This document shows, in pieces, positions 55,314-63,999 of a stretch of DNA of 64,000 bases (its first letter is position 1; each line of letters begins with the position of its first letter). Origin of the DNA: a virus (lineage: Duplodnaviria; Caudoviricetes). The stretch covers positions 1 to 64,000 of the IMG/VR virus record IMGVR_UViG_3300031992_000033. The stretch is one strand, 5' to 3'. The position numbers were made by a program, and so were the translations under genes. The notes beneath the pieces were generated by a model. That model was not told where the DNA came from. It did no database searches and was given only the letters and a program-made list of their open reading frames with translations.

Positions 55314-55418
55314 TTATAAGCCTATAAAGTAACCCAAAATACAAGTGAAAAAGACTCCGATAAAGAAACCAATTAAACACCATATCTGCCTTACAAAGTT
55401 TAAATCATCTTTTTTCAT
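55314..55418 (-). CDS. Single-TM peptide (34 aa, not in ORF track)
   Basis: MKKDDLNFVRQIWCLIGFFIGVFFTCILGYFIGL*. Confidence 0.45.
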   Translation of the reverse strand: MKKDDLNFVRQIWCLIGFFIGVFFTCILGYFIGL

Positions 55419-55445
55419 CTTTTATCTCACTTTCTGCTGATTAAA

Positions 55446-55928
55446 TCACTCATTCGGATTTACCTCTCTTTTGTAAAAAGAATCCCACCACTCTTTATGA
55501 CTATCCTTTTTATGCCCTAACAGTTCCTCGGTAGTCCAACCTTTAAATGCATCTTTCGGCATCTCAGTCACTCCTTCAAACATATGAGTCAAATCGTATG
55601 AGTATGCTTCCTTATAAGGCTCGGGTTCAAAGTACGGCATATATGCTATGATAGAATCTCCATCATCCAAAGCCCAACCTTCCTCATCATCCCAATGTTC
55701 GTGATATGTATCCCACCCAATATGGGATATCGCACGATCTCCATTCTTATACTTGAATGTTACCCAATATGCTCCATTCTTGGGTATCTCATCAATGCTT
55801 GAGATTGGTATCCATTCCTCTTTGTTCTCTGCGGACGGCAACTCATAGATAGCCTTATATAAGTCTTTGCCGAAATACTTCATTTGGAGCAATTCAAGAA
55901 CCGCCTGTCTGCTGATCAAATCACTCAT
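55446..55928 (-). CDS. Modular DUF551-like protein (MSDLISRQA N-terminus)
   Basis: LPSAENKEEWIPIS...IIAYMP..PEPY. Confidence 0.7.
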   Translation of the reverse strand: MSDLISRQAVLELLQMKYFGKDLYKAIYELPSAENKEEWIPISSIDEIPKNGAYWVTFKYKNGDRAISHIGWDTYHEHWDDEEGWALDDGDSIIAYMPYFEPEPYKEAYSYDLTHMFEGVTEMPKDAFKGWTTEELLGHKKDSHKEWWDSFYKREVNPNE

Positions 55929-55986
55929 TTTGCTTTACCTCTCCTTTGTAAAAAGAATCCCACCACTCTTTATGACTATCCTTTTT
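55470..55986. repeat. 42-bp exact direct repeat (55470-55511 and 55945-55986)
   Basis: TTTGTAAAAAGAATCCCACCACTCTTTATGACTATCCTTTTT twice; encodes KKDSHKEWWDSFYK in two adjacent genes. Confidence 0.95.
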
Positions 55987-56211
55987 TGTGACTTTTCGTG
56001 CATTCCTTACTGTGTCCTCACTTTCTGCCAACTTCTTTATGTGGCTTACTTTGAAAGATATATTGCCGATATAAAAATATTTGGGCTTACGGAAGTCATG
56101 CTTTGCTGAAAATTCATCTGCGTATCCCAACTTGCCCCATGCCCAAGTTCCGCTATGAAAGAGTACACAGACATTCTTTCCGACAAGTTTCATAAGTTCT
56201 GCGTGCTTCAT
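55921..56211 (-). CDS. Hypothetical protein
   Basis: GAGGAGG RBS. Confidence 0.6.
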   Translation of the reverse strand: MKHAELMKLVGKNVCVLFHSGTWAWGKLGYADEFSAKHDFRKPKYFYIGNISFKVSHIKKLAESEDTVRNARKVTKKDSHKEWWDSFYKGEVKQNE

Positions 56212-56447
56212 AGATCCTCCTCATTAAGACACTCTTTTCTCCACTTATATATTAAGTACTCAAGTCCCTCTGCATAAAGACATTTACCAGCCTTCATTGC
56301 CTCATGCTCAATCCACTCAACAGGGATTGCCTCTATAACTTCGGCGTTGAAAATCTCCGTGTCGCTTACCACGGCGACATCTTGAACTACAGGATTATAA
56401 CGACGTAAATATATTCTCTTTAACTTATTTGAATCGATTAGTCTCAT
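56208..56447 (-). CDS. Modular protein (MRLID family)
   Basis: MRLID...EAIPVEWI. Confidence 0.6.
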   Translation of the reverse strand: MRLIDSNKLKRIYLRRYNPVVQDVAVVSDTEIFNAEVIEAIPVEWIEHEAMKAGKCLYAEGLEYLIYKWRKECLNEEDL

Positions 56448-56455
56448 GTGTTCTC

Positions 56456-56677
56456 CTAGTATGTCATATACTTTGATAGGTTATTGATTTGTTTTTTCAA
56501 TGCTGGATCTGAAATTATTTGTAATACGTCTGATAATTCTACGAATGTGCGATGTCTATTTGGACATGTGCTGCAAACGTTACTTCTTCCCATAGCATCG
56601 TCACATTTATATTGATGAATATATTTCTGGCAATGAGATTCAAGTGGTTCTATTTCTTCTTCTGAATAGACATTCAT
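56456..56677 (-). CDS. Hypothetical protein
   Basis: AAGGAG RBS before MNVYS. Confidence 0.5.
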   Translation of the reverse strand: MNVYSEEEIEPLESHCQKYIHQYKCDDAMGRSNVCSTCPNRHRTFVELSDVLQIISDPALKKQINNLSKYMTY

Positions 56678-56712
56678 ACTTATCACTCCTTCTCCTGTTT
56701 GCAATCGACCCT

Positions 56713-57204
56713 TTATCGTACGTGGTTGTTTATGTAGCGGTTACAATTAGGGCAGTAAAACGGCGCAAATGCTGTGGTTTCGAGTATGTGTCCACACCCT
56801 GAGCATATGTACTTTTTGTCCTCAGTTTGCATCCAATTTGCGCGATTTCGGTTGTCCCGCCAGAATTTTATATCGTCTAATGTAAAGAGTAATTTGCCTG
56901 ACTCGGCGTGTAGTATACCCCACCTTTTGTCGTATCCATATTTGACTTCGAACTTAGTGTAGGGGGAGATCATTTTTGTCGTTAGATAGTAGTGCTGGGG
57001 CGCTGTGCAGATAAGTTTGTCACCTTCTCTTTTGATGGGACAGAGAGGTGCTGATATCCAGTTTGGCTCACATGATTTATAGAAATCCAGTGTGTCTTTA
57101 TCGCGCTGATCCTGTGCGGAATGTTGTGCAGAATACCCGAGTGCTACTATGCTCCCGTATATGAGGTAGATCAGACAGAAAACTATGCTTGTTAGTAGGA
57201 ACAT
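56713..57204 (-). CDS. Membrane-anchored protein with C-terminal Zn ribbon
   Basis: GGGAGGTG RBS before MFLLTS; TM helix; W...CSGCG..YCPNC. Confidence 0.6.
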   Translation of the reverse strand: MFLLTSIVFCLIYLIYGSIVALGYSAQHSAQDQRDKDTLDFYKSCEPNWISAPLCPIKREGDKLICTAPQHYYLTTKMISPYTKFEVKYGYDKRWGILHAESGKLLFTLDDIKFWRDNRNRANWMQTEDKKYICSGCGHILETTAFAPFYCPNCNRYINNHVR

Positions 57205-57222
57205 TTTCTCACCTCCCTTCGT

Positions 57223-57251
57223 ATTGTAGCATATGCGCTGAAATGTGTCAA
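57223..57251 (-). promoter_or_regulatory. sigmaA-type promoter
   Basis: TTGACA-17-TACAAT with TG extension. Confidence 0.75.
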
Positions 57252-57330
57252 GCGCCAGTATTTGTGGGCAATGTGGATAAGTTGGGGATACTGCGTAACT
57301 ATGTGTGAAAGCGTTTTGACTACACATCAC

Positions 57331-57415
57331 AATAATTTTGTATTAATTCGAAATAATTTTATTATAATTTTGATATCATTTTGATATCATTTATGTAATA
57401 TTTAAACAAAAAACT
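57331..57415. repeat. Very AT-rich repeat patch next to the recombinase (att/binding-site candidate)
   Basis: ATAATTTT x3; tandem TTTTGATATCA x2 (57368-57389). Confidence 0.55.
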
Positions 57416-58348
57416 TTATAAAATTTTGTTAATTATTTCCATACCCTTACGCGCCTCCTGATCGTCTGTAGATATGTACCTTTGCGTGGTAGATGCATAG
57501 CGGTGTCCCACCGCACGTCTGACAAACTCTATGTCGTGTGTCTTGTCGTACAGGATAGAGCAGTACCCACCCCTGACCTTGTGTGGACTAAGTTTATTGC
57601 CAGAGTATTTCTTGGTCACGTACCGCACAGTGTCGTGTGAGATCCTGTCGCCATCTCTGGACACAAACAGGGCATCGGTTTTCTTTTGACGTGCGTCAAG
57701 TAAATTACCCCTATCCTCAAGCCACTCGTTTAAGATTGTTACAGTCTTGTCGGACAAATATATACTTCTCTTGGTGTTTCCCTTCTCTATGACAACAATG
57801 TGGTCGCCATCTAGATCACTCACGTCTATAGATGTTAGGGCTGTCTCACGTATGCCAGTCTCTATAAGGATAGCCAGCATAAGCCTGTCTCGGTTACGTA
57901 GGGTGATCCCGCCAGCATATCCATAGCGCTGCTTATCTTCTGATACGGCAGCGGTAATCTGTGTAAAGTCTTTCGCAGTTACCTTAACTGGCGCATGTGT
58001 ATCGTTGTTTCTGCTACGTGAGATCCCCGACATGAAGTTGATCGGCGTGATTCCCTCGTTGTACAGATAAGTACAGAACGAATTTAATGTGTACCAGACA
58101 GATGTTCGGTAAGTATCGGTCACATCTTTCTCACGCAATTCTGTCATGTAGGATATTACACCCTCACGAGTAAGTTCGTAACCAGATAGAAAAGCCTTTA
58201 CCTTCTGTATGCGATCCCGTCTGGTCACGGCGGTGAGACCACTCGCCCGCATAAGTTCGTTCCAAAGTCTAATTTCGGACGGACTATCCTGTAGGCTACG
58301 GGCGATGGTCTTCTCTATGTTTTGTTCGTTTTCCTTTCTACCGCTCAT
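57416..58348 (-). CDS. Tyrosine recombinase (XerC/D / integrase family)
   Basis: ETGIR (R), EKG (K), PHKVR (HxxR), VGH, TTQRY (Y). Confidence 0.92.
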   Translation of the reverse strand: MSGRKENEQNIEKTIARSLQDSPSEIRLWNELMRASGLTAVTRRDRIQKVKAFLSGYELTREGVISYMTELREKDVTDTYRTSVWYTLNSFCTYLYNEGITPINFMSGISRSRNNDTHAPVKVTAKDFTQITAAVSEDKQRYGYAGGITLRNRDRLMLAILIETGIRETALTSIDVSDLDGDHIVVIEKGNTKRSIYLSDKTVTILNEWLEDRGNLLDARQKKTDALFVSRDGDRISHDTVRYVTKKYSGNKLSPHKVRGGYCSILYDKTHDIEFVRRAVGHRYASTTQRYISTDDQEARKGMEIINKIL

Positions 58349-58357
58349 GTCTCTCCG

Positions 58358-59122
58358 TTAGATGTGGCAGTCAACCACAACAAGTTCCATGTTGTCATCA
58401 AGGTTGTCAATGAATCTCTCCATGAAGTGCAGATCCCAGTCAAGAGATTCCTCGGCAGTTTCAGAACTCATTCCGAACCAGCCCATCTCACCTTTCTCGT
58501 GCCACTCGCCGTCAGGAGTAACAACCGCAAAGAATATAGGCAAGGAATGGATCTTCGCATAGTTTTCCTTAGTCTTGTAGGATTCGCGGAGATAGTCAGG
58601 ATTGTAGATGGTGAAGAAGTCGTCCTTGTTTTCGCCTTCCTTAAGGGGTGCGCCCTCAACCGCTACTTCATACCATCTGAGGGAGTGATCATATCTTTCC
58701 TTGTTGATGTCAAGGTTAAGTTCCTTTACAAGTCCTCCGTCTACCTCTTCGCCTTCCTTTGTGAGGAGACTACCAGACCATCTGCCGCCTACCACCCACC
58801 AATCCCACTTAGACTTGGGGTTGTAAGTAGTAAGTTCATTACCATCTTCATCATAGTCGCGGCAGTTGTCGTACTCCGCATCATAGAACTGCTGGTCGGT
58901 CTCTGCGTCAAGGAAACGCTGCTGGTAATCGCTGATCTCTATGTCGGGCTTCTCCTTAATTCTCTCAAGAAGTGTTTCCTTGTACGCCTTGGCTTCTTCG
59001 ATCATCTCCTGTTTGGTGCGATCAATGCGAGGTTCTACGGCAAGGTTTTCGCTGTAGGGTTCAAGCATTGCTTCGAGATTTGCGTCCTGATCCTTGATAA
59101 CTAATACTGCGTAATGACTCAT
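58358..59122 (-). CDS. Acidic hypothetical phage protein
   Basis: MSHY.V.V, NPKSKWDWW..GGRW, AVVTPDGEW.E.G.MGWFG, VVDCHI. Confidence 0.7.
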   Translation of the reverse strand: MSHYAVLVIKDQDANLEAMLEPYSENLAVEPRIDRTKQEMIEEAKAYKETLLERIKEKPDIEISDYQQRFLDAETDQQFYDAEYDNCRDYDEDGNELTTYNPKSKWDWWVVGGRWSGSLLTKEGEEVDGGLVKELNLDINKERYDHSLRWYEVAVEGAPLKEGENKDDFFTIYNPDYLRESYKTKENYAKIHSLPIFFAVVTPDGEWHEKGEMGWFGMSSETAEESLDWDLHFMERFIDNLDDNMELVVVDCHI

Positions 59123-59134
59123 GTGTTTTCCTCC

Positions 59135-59650
59135 TTAGTTTAAACCATTTTCTTTCCTTAAGTTTGCAAGTTCCATTTCGTGCTGAGCCTTGAGTTCCGT
59201 TGCGCTTATCAGTTTGGCATTTAAGTTAGCAATGGAATTAAGTGTCTCCTGTATATACTTTTCGTCCTGTTTTATCGTATACTTCTTCCACCTAATAGAC
59301 TGATACTTCTCCACTGCTGGGGAATGGCTTGGACTCTGCTCATGTGCAACATTATTATACCTCGTGTTGAGCAGATTTGTAAAGTCTATTTTTATATTTG
59401 CTGGATCGCCCCAATGGATCTTACTTCCACGCACATTGCTACCCCAGTAAATACACCAGCGCTGACCCTTGTCATAGTGTCCGCTATAGAAAGCATAGCA
59501 GTAGCGGTAAGTAGAACTGCTACTAACGTGATAGTAACCATCTACCTTATTGATTTTGTAGCCAGCGTCCTCGACAATCTTATGCGCCTCCTTCGCATCC
59601 TTTTTATATTTATTGGTGATCACTTGGATGATAGCCTCATTGAGTGTCAT
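59135..59650 (-). CDS. Hypothetical protein
   Basis: AAGGAG RBS. Confidence 0.6.
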   Translation of the reverse strand: MTLNEAIIQVITNKYKKDAKEAHKIVEDAGYKINKVDGYYHVSSSSTYRYCYAFYSGHYDKGQRWCIYWGSNVRGSKIHWGDPANIKIDFTNLLNTRYNNVAHEQSPSHSPAVEKYQSIRWKKYTIKQDEKYIQETLNSIANLNAKLISATELKAQHEMELANLRKENGLN

Positions 59651-59842
59651 AAGTACTCCTTTCTGAGTTTATCCAACTCTTTAGATTGCTGTGATCTTAA
59701 CTTCTCTTTCTTACCTTTAAATACTGATCCGCATGGGACTGCTGGTACTTCTGTTCCATCGGGTAACGTCCAGCCTGACCAACGTGGTACATCCTTAGTT
59801 TTCTTTTTCATCACTTCTCCTTATACGTAAGTAAAAGTCTAT

Positions 59843-60187
59843 TTACGCAATTGTTTTACCGATAAGATAGCCCCTGACTAGGCACATCACCTCACATTCT
59901 GCGTCTTCAGGTTTGATACGACTACTCCACGTCTCTCCTTCTACCGCTATTCCCAGCGTAGAATCAACATTGCTCCATACGTAGATGGACTCACGAGACA
60001 GACCAGCCCTTCTTACGAGATCATTTAACTTGGCTACCATATTATTCCTGTCGCCTACGATCTTCCTTGTTGCCTCGTACTCTTCTTCCGTAAGGTAACT
60101 GTAACTGAAAAGAAACTCTTCCCTTGTTAATTTCCAGTAGTCCACCATCTTTTCCATATCATTAGCAAAATCCATACACGCCTCCAA
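59843..60187 (-). CDS. Hypothetical protein
   Basis: EKM.D...LT.EEFL.SYSYLTEEEY motif; start uncertain. Confidence 0.55.
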   Translation of the reverse strand: MEACMDFANDMEKMVDYWKLTREEFLFSYSYLTEEEYEATRKIVGDRNNMVAKLNDLVRRAGLSRESIYVWSNVDSTLGIAVEGETWSSRIKPEDAECEVMCLVRGYLIGKTIA

Positions 60188-60219
60188 GTATATACCACTT
60201 TGTTTATCTTGCCAAGCCC

Positions 60220-60450
60220 TTATACTGTTTCCTCCGTTATATAAATAGTGATCTCGTGTGACTGGAATATAATACTACTGACCACATGATTTGTCAAGAC
60301 CCTACTTATAGAATCTTTTCCGTTGTACTGTCCTAAGACATTCTCATCCTCGTCTCTGATCAGCACATTAAGATTGTTGTCTATTAAAGACAGAACATCT
60401 CCCAGCGAAGTTCTCCTTGAATTGCAACCATAATTTGATCTAAGATTCAT
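60220..60450 (-). CDS. Hypothetical protein
   Basis: GAGGAGG RBS before MNLRSN. Confidence 0.55.
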   Translation of the reverse strand: MNLRSNYGCNSRRTSLGDVLSLIDNNLNVLIRDEDENVLGQYNGKDSISRVLTNHVVSSIIFQSHEITIYITEETV

Positions 60451-60535
60451 ATGTATACCTCCTCTTAAAAAAGGGCAGACTATCCCGTACACTGTAAATT
60501 CTAATGTTAGGGATTTAGTTTGTAATTAGATTAGA

Positions 60536-60931
60536 TTAGATGTTGTATCCTCTCTTGCGAAGTTCATCCAAAAGATCGTCGTCAGATATATCCGACAGAT
60601 CGTAGATTGTCTTGCCATCCTGTTCTACCCACTCACCGTCCTGAAGTGTGATCCTCCAGTGAGCGTCGTCTTCTCCAACATAGTCGATGTATCCCTTGGT
60701 AATATACTTGGTCAAGATATTAAGATCGCGATAAACTTCTTCCTCGTAGTACTTCTGATCTTCCGCAGACAGGCTGATTCTATTTTCTTTCACATCGATC
60801 ATCTTGCTTGCTGTGAGTCTGCTTACCTCAATCGTATGCGCACCATTTGTATTAAGATCGTAGTTGAGTAAAAGTAAGTCAACTCCACCCTTAAGTGTGC
60901 ATTCACCATATCCACTGGCATAATATCCCAT
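60536..60931 (-). CDS. Hypothetical protein
   Basis: MGY...G.G...GEDD..WR; GAGG RBS. Confidence 0.65.
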   Translation of the reverse strand: MGYYASGYGECTLKGGVDLLLLNYDLNTNGAHTIEVSRLTASKMIDVKENRISLSAEDQKYYEEEVYRDLNILTKYITKGYIDYVGEDDAHWRITLQDGEWVEQDGKTIYDLSDISDDDLLDELRKRGYNI

Positions 60932-60962
60932 AATTAACCTCTCTTTCTTTTCTTACGCAATT

Positions 60963-60991
60963 GTTATACCATAAATAGAAGGACTTGTCAA
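60963..60991 (-). promoter_or_regulatory. sigmaA-type promoter
   Basis: TTGACA-17-TATAAC with TG extension; -35 overlaps the upstream stop codon. Confidence 0.65.
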
Positions 60992-61203
60992 TCCTCCCAT
61001 TCATCCTCTGATTTTCTTTCGATCTCTCCTTCGTGCAATGAGCCGAAGGTGTAGCCGTTATCATAGGACAGGATGACAAGATCGTCGTCGTCGTAATTCC
61101 TAAGTACGTTGCGAAGTTCTCCCACAGTCATTGCCTCATCTGCAATATCCTGTATTGAATAAGCCTCGTGTCTTGCGTCAAATACTACTGCGTCTCTACT
61201 CAT
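60988..61203 (-). CDS. Hypothetical phage protein
   Basis: MTVGEL...L..YD.D..V.LS.DNGYTFG. Confidence 0.6.
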   Translation of the reverse strand: MSRDAVVFDARHEAYSIQDIADEAMTVGELRNVLRNYDDDDLVILSYDNGYTFGSLHEGEIERKSEDEWED

Positions 61204-61205
61204 AA

Positions 61206-61499
61206 TTAATCCTCCTTTAATAAGTACATGATATAATAATCACAGACTTCCGTATCCAGCCCGTTTATCTTCTCGTACCTATCGTCCAGTGCCATTCTAA
61301 CTACCTGACGATAATCTGTCAAGCACTTGTCACATCTCGTTCCGATCCAGCGCACAACATCGTAGGTATCATTGCGATCAATACCCCACTCGTGATTGCC
61401 CCATACACGAAGATGCAGATTAACTACGCTGCCATCTACTTTACGTTCTACCTTCTTAACGTTGACACAACCATAACCTTGCCAGTGTTTTACTCTCAT
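61206..61499 (-). CDS. Hypothetical protein
   Basis: AAGGAGG RBS. Confidence 0.6.
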   Translation of the reverse strand: MRVKHWQGYGCVNVKKVERKVDGSVVNLHLRVWGNHEWGIDRNDTYDVVRWIGTRCDKCLTDYRQVVRMALDDRYEKINGLDTEVCDYYIMYLLKED

Positions 61500-61513
61500 A
61501 GTTTATTACCTCC

Positions 61514-61717
61514 TTAATTCCAGTAGTCGATGATTTCTTTCTTTGTGATCCCTATGGTATCAAGAATGCAGTACAGGAAATCTGCACCTTCATCTGTAAG
61601 AGTACCATCGAACCAAACGAATTCGGGCTGGTGTTTAGCATAGTCTATTATGTTATCAATTAGTCTCATGCCGACAGCCCCGATAGTAAAGTGATCATTG
61701 ATGTATTCCAGCAGCAT
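61514..61717 (-). CDS. Hypothetical protein
   Basis: AGGGGG RBS. Confidence 0.55.
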   Translation of the reverse strand: MLLEYINDHFTIGAVGMRLIDNIIDYAKHQPEFVWFDGTLTDEGADFLYCILDTIGITKKEIIDYWN

Positions 61718-61721
61718 AGCA

Positions 61722-62111
61722 TTACCCCCTTACTACAACATAAACCTTGTTTCCTACGGCGCGGATATCATACACAGGCTCTTCCGCAAGATTGCCATCT
61801 TTTCCGTCTCCTCTTATTACCTCTTCTCCGTTATTTTTAATCATTCCGATCTCGTCAAGATATCTGTTGAGGATGATGACGTTGCCGCTAAGGTAATCCA
61901 TAATACAACCAAGGGTTAATTCTGATTCGGTATTTACTGTTATAGTACAAGCGCTCTGATCATTATCATAACGCATTACTATAACTTCATAATTGGGGAG
62001 CATCACATCGCTTACATCCTCATCTTCTGATAACGTTTTTCCCATCTCATTATATATTGTAATATGATCACAGTCTGACACAAAATTTAATACCTCTCTT
62101 AATTTCTTCAT
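61722..62111 (-). CDS. Hypothetical protein
   Basis: AAGGAGG RBS before MKKLRE. Confidence 0.55.
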   Translation of the reverse strand: MKKLREVLNFVSDCDHITIYNEMGKTLSEDEDVSDVMLPNYEVIVMRYDNDQSACTITVNTESELTLGCIMDYLSGNVIILNRYLDEIGMIKNNGEEVIRGDGKDGNLAEEPVYDIRAVGNKVYVVVRG

Positions 62112-62161
62112 AACCAAATCCTCCTTACTTTTTTCATTGTAAACTATAATGATTTACTTTG

Positions 62162-62470
62162 TCAACAGTCAATTACTATACGATGAATCACGCTGATGAA
62201 TCCATTGGGACAACGATGGAAGTGTATCCAGTATGTGAACGCCTGTCCTGTACAGTCATATGGCGTCCATACATAACACCTTCCTAATTCTTCCCAAAGC
62301 AATTCTTTTATTTCATCATCAGAGTAATCCTCGGAATCATAGAATCCAAACTCATACCAGCCGCCGTCCCTGTCGTACACTCTGTGAAGACCGTCCATGA
62401 GTGACGCTGGCAGATCTACACAATGCTGCTTGAACAACTTTTTAAGGATTCTCTTAGTTTGCTTTGTCAT
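62162..62470 (-). CDS. Hypothetical protein
   Basis: AGGAGG RBS before MTKQTK; PYDCTGQ.FT motif. Confidence 0.6.
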   Translation of the reverse strand: MTKQTKRILKKLFKQHCVDLPASLMDGLHRVYDRDGGWYEFGFYDSEDYSDDEIKELLWEELGRCYVWTPYDCTGQAFTYWIHFHRCPNGFISVIHRIVIDC

Positions 62471-62492
62471 AAACTTAACCCTCCTGTGTTGA

Positions 62493-62741
62493 TTAACGAT
62501 CTGTGATTCTAATTTCCTCAAGAGCGTATTCTTTAAGTTCGTTATACTCTTTCTCTGTAATCTCCACGACTTCGAAATAATTATTCATGTCGGGATTCAT
62601 ATTAAACGCGAATACACTTATAACATCGCCTACAAGATCGTTAACAGTTTTGCCGTCTTTACAAACGGCTACTGCTGGTACTATATTTGCCTTTGGTACA
62701 ATCTTAAAGTGCTTGTTGTGATCCTCATTTACTTTTGCCAT
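62493..62741 (-). CDS. Hypothetical protein
   Basis: AGGAGG RBS. Confidence 0.55.
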   Translation of the reverse strand: MAKVNEDHNKHFKIVPKANIVPAVAVCKDGKTVNDLVGDVISVFAFNMNPDMNNYFEVVEITEKEYNELKEYALEEIRITDR

Positions 62742-62745
62742 AAAC

Positions 62746-62958
62746 TTAATCCTCCTGTATCTTCATTATTGAGTCGCCGTTCAATCTGCCCATTGAATCA
62801 TCGACGTAAGCAATATCGCCCTTCTTACTGAAGCAACGTATAGTTCCTATTGCCAAAGTAGAGCGGACAGATGTCTTGTATGAGCAGTTTACCTTTCTGC
62901 TTTCCGCATAAACTACTTTGTCACCAACTTTTAATTCTACTCCTCTGATATCTTTCAT
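62746..62958 (-). CDS. Small SH3-like phage protein
   Basis: MKDIRGVELKVGDKVVY. Confidence 0.55.
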   Translation of the reverse strand: MKDIRGVELKVGDKVVYAESRKVNCSYKTSVRSTLAIGTIRCFSKKGDIAYVDDSMGRLNGDSIMKIQED

Positions 62959-63203
62959 AGTGTAATTACCTCCGCAGTTTTCTTATACACATCGAGACAG
63001 TAACGCGCCTGACAGCCGCAGCCAGCCACTGAACAAGTGGCTATTGCTGGACAGTCGGTGATCCTTTTCTTTGGAAACATCTTGCGGTATTTGTTGTAGT
63101 GCTGCGCACATAAATAACTCCAGCAAATACCAAGTTCGTTGTCCTCTTCGGCGTCAATGCAGTTGTCGAAATGGATTCCTTCATACCAAAGCGTCTTTCC
63201 CAT
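62955..63203 (-). CDS. Cys-rich hypothetical protein
   Basis: WS.LC..H...C.V.GC...A.Y. Confidence 0.55.
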   Translation of the reverse strand: MGKTLWYEGIHFDNCIDAEEDNELGICWSYLCAQHYNKYRKMFPKKRITDCPAIATCSVAGCGCQARYCLDVYKKTAEVITL

Positions 63204-63207
63204 AAGT

Positions 63208-63408
63208 TTACCTCACTTTTAAATTGTACTGTTTGATCAGATCGTAGAGTGTAGTCTGTGCTGGATGATTAGTTGGCATCGAAAGTATTTCATTACCGCG
63301 CTTATAAATGCGATGATTGCCCGCCTGTCTATGAAATTCAAATCCGTTATCAGCCAGCAGTTTCTTGAACTCTCGCACACTCCACGTTCCGTTGTGCATA
63401 CGAGCCAT
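63208..63408 (-). CDS. HicA-family (dsRBD-like) RNase/toxin
   Basis: REFKKLL.DNGF...RQ.GNH.IYK.....SMP..H; GGAGG RBS. Confidence 0.75.
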   Translation of the reverse strand: MARMHNGTWSVREFKKLLADNGFEFHRQAGNHRIYKRGNEILSMPTNHPAQTTLYDLIKQYNLKVR

Positions 63409-63409
63409 A

Positions 63410-63721
63410 TTAATCCTCCTCTCCATAATCAAGATCGAGATTCTTTGCGGTGAATTTGAATTCATTAGGATTGAAAGTGACGGGCAGTTCGTATATCCTG
63501 TCTTCAATAATTCTGCCGTGATCATCTGTTATTACTGCGGCATATACTACTCCGTCATAATCATATGCCACTTCAACATTTTGGTCATAGAATTCTCTGA
63601 ACTCAATCATCAAGAAGTCCCAGTAATTATCCCTCTCGTCCTCATAATCTACAAGGAACTGTTTCATAGCGGCTTCGTATTCAGTTTCTGTCATCTTAAT
63701 AATTCTAATTTCAGGTCTCAT
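63410..63721 (-). CDS. Acidic hypothetical protein
   Basis: AAGGAGG RBS. Confidence 0.55.
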   Translation of the reverse strand: MRPEIRIIKMTETEYEAAMKQFLVDYEDERDNYWDFLMIEFREFYDQNVEVAYDYDGVVYAAVITDDHGRIIEDRIYELPVTFNPNEFKFTAKNLDLDYGEED

Positions 63722-63735
63722 CGTTTTTGTCCTCC

Positions 63736-63999
63736 TTATCTTTCTATTAGTGTAGGGTTAATCTGGTGATACTTAGAACTGGGCTTACGATCTCTGATCT
63801 CAATTTCATCAAAAGCCCACGCGCCTACGATTTCCATACAAGTGCCGCTATAGTCTCCGCCTCCAAGTCCATTGCCGCACGCGGTAAGAATAGGCAGTGG
63901 ATGTATGCACCAAATTGATTCGTGCTTGACACCTTCGCCGTCAGTCCATGATTCCTTCCACTGGTTTGCCTTATAGTACTCGTCAAAGTTAATGTACTG
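63736..63999 (-). CDS. 3' part of a hypothetical phage protein, truncated by the window edge
   Basis: ...IHPLPILTACGNGLGGGDY...VGAWAFD...*. Confidence 0.6.
   Translation of the reverse strand, partial: QYINFDEYYKANQWKESWTDGEGVKHESIWCIHPLPILTACGNGLGGGDYSGTCMEIVGAWAFDEIEIRDRKPSSKYHQINPTLIER

Noticed and set aside
58322-59104. 260-aa + strand ORF (and similar antisense ORFs at 3165-3683, 7344-7760, 38618-39148, 23617-24102)
   Set aside because: Shadow frames opposite well-supported genes
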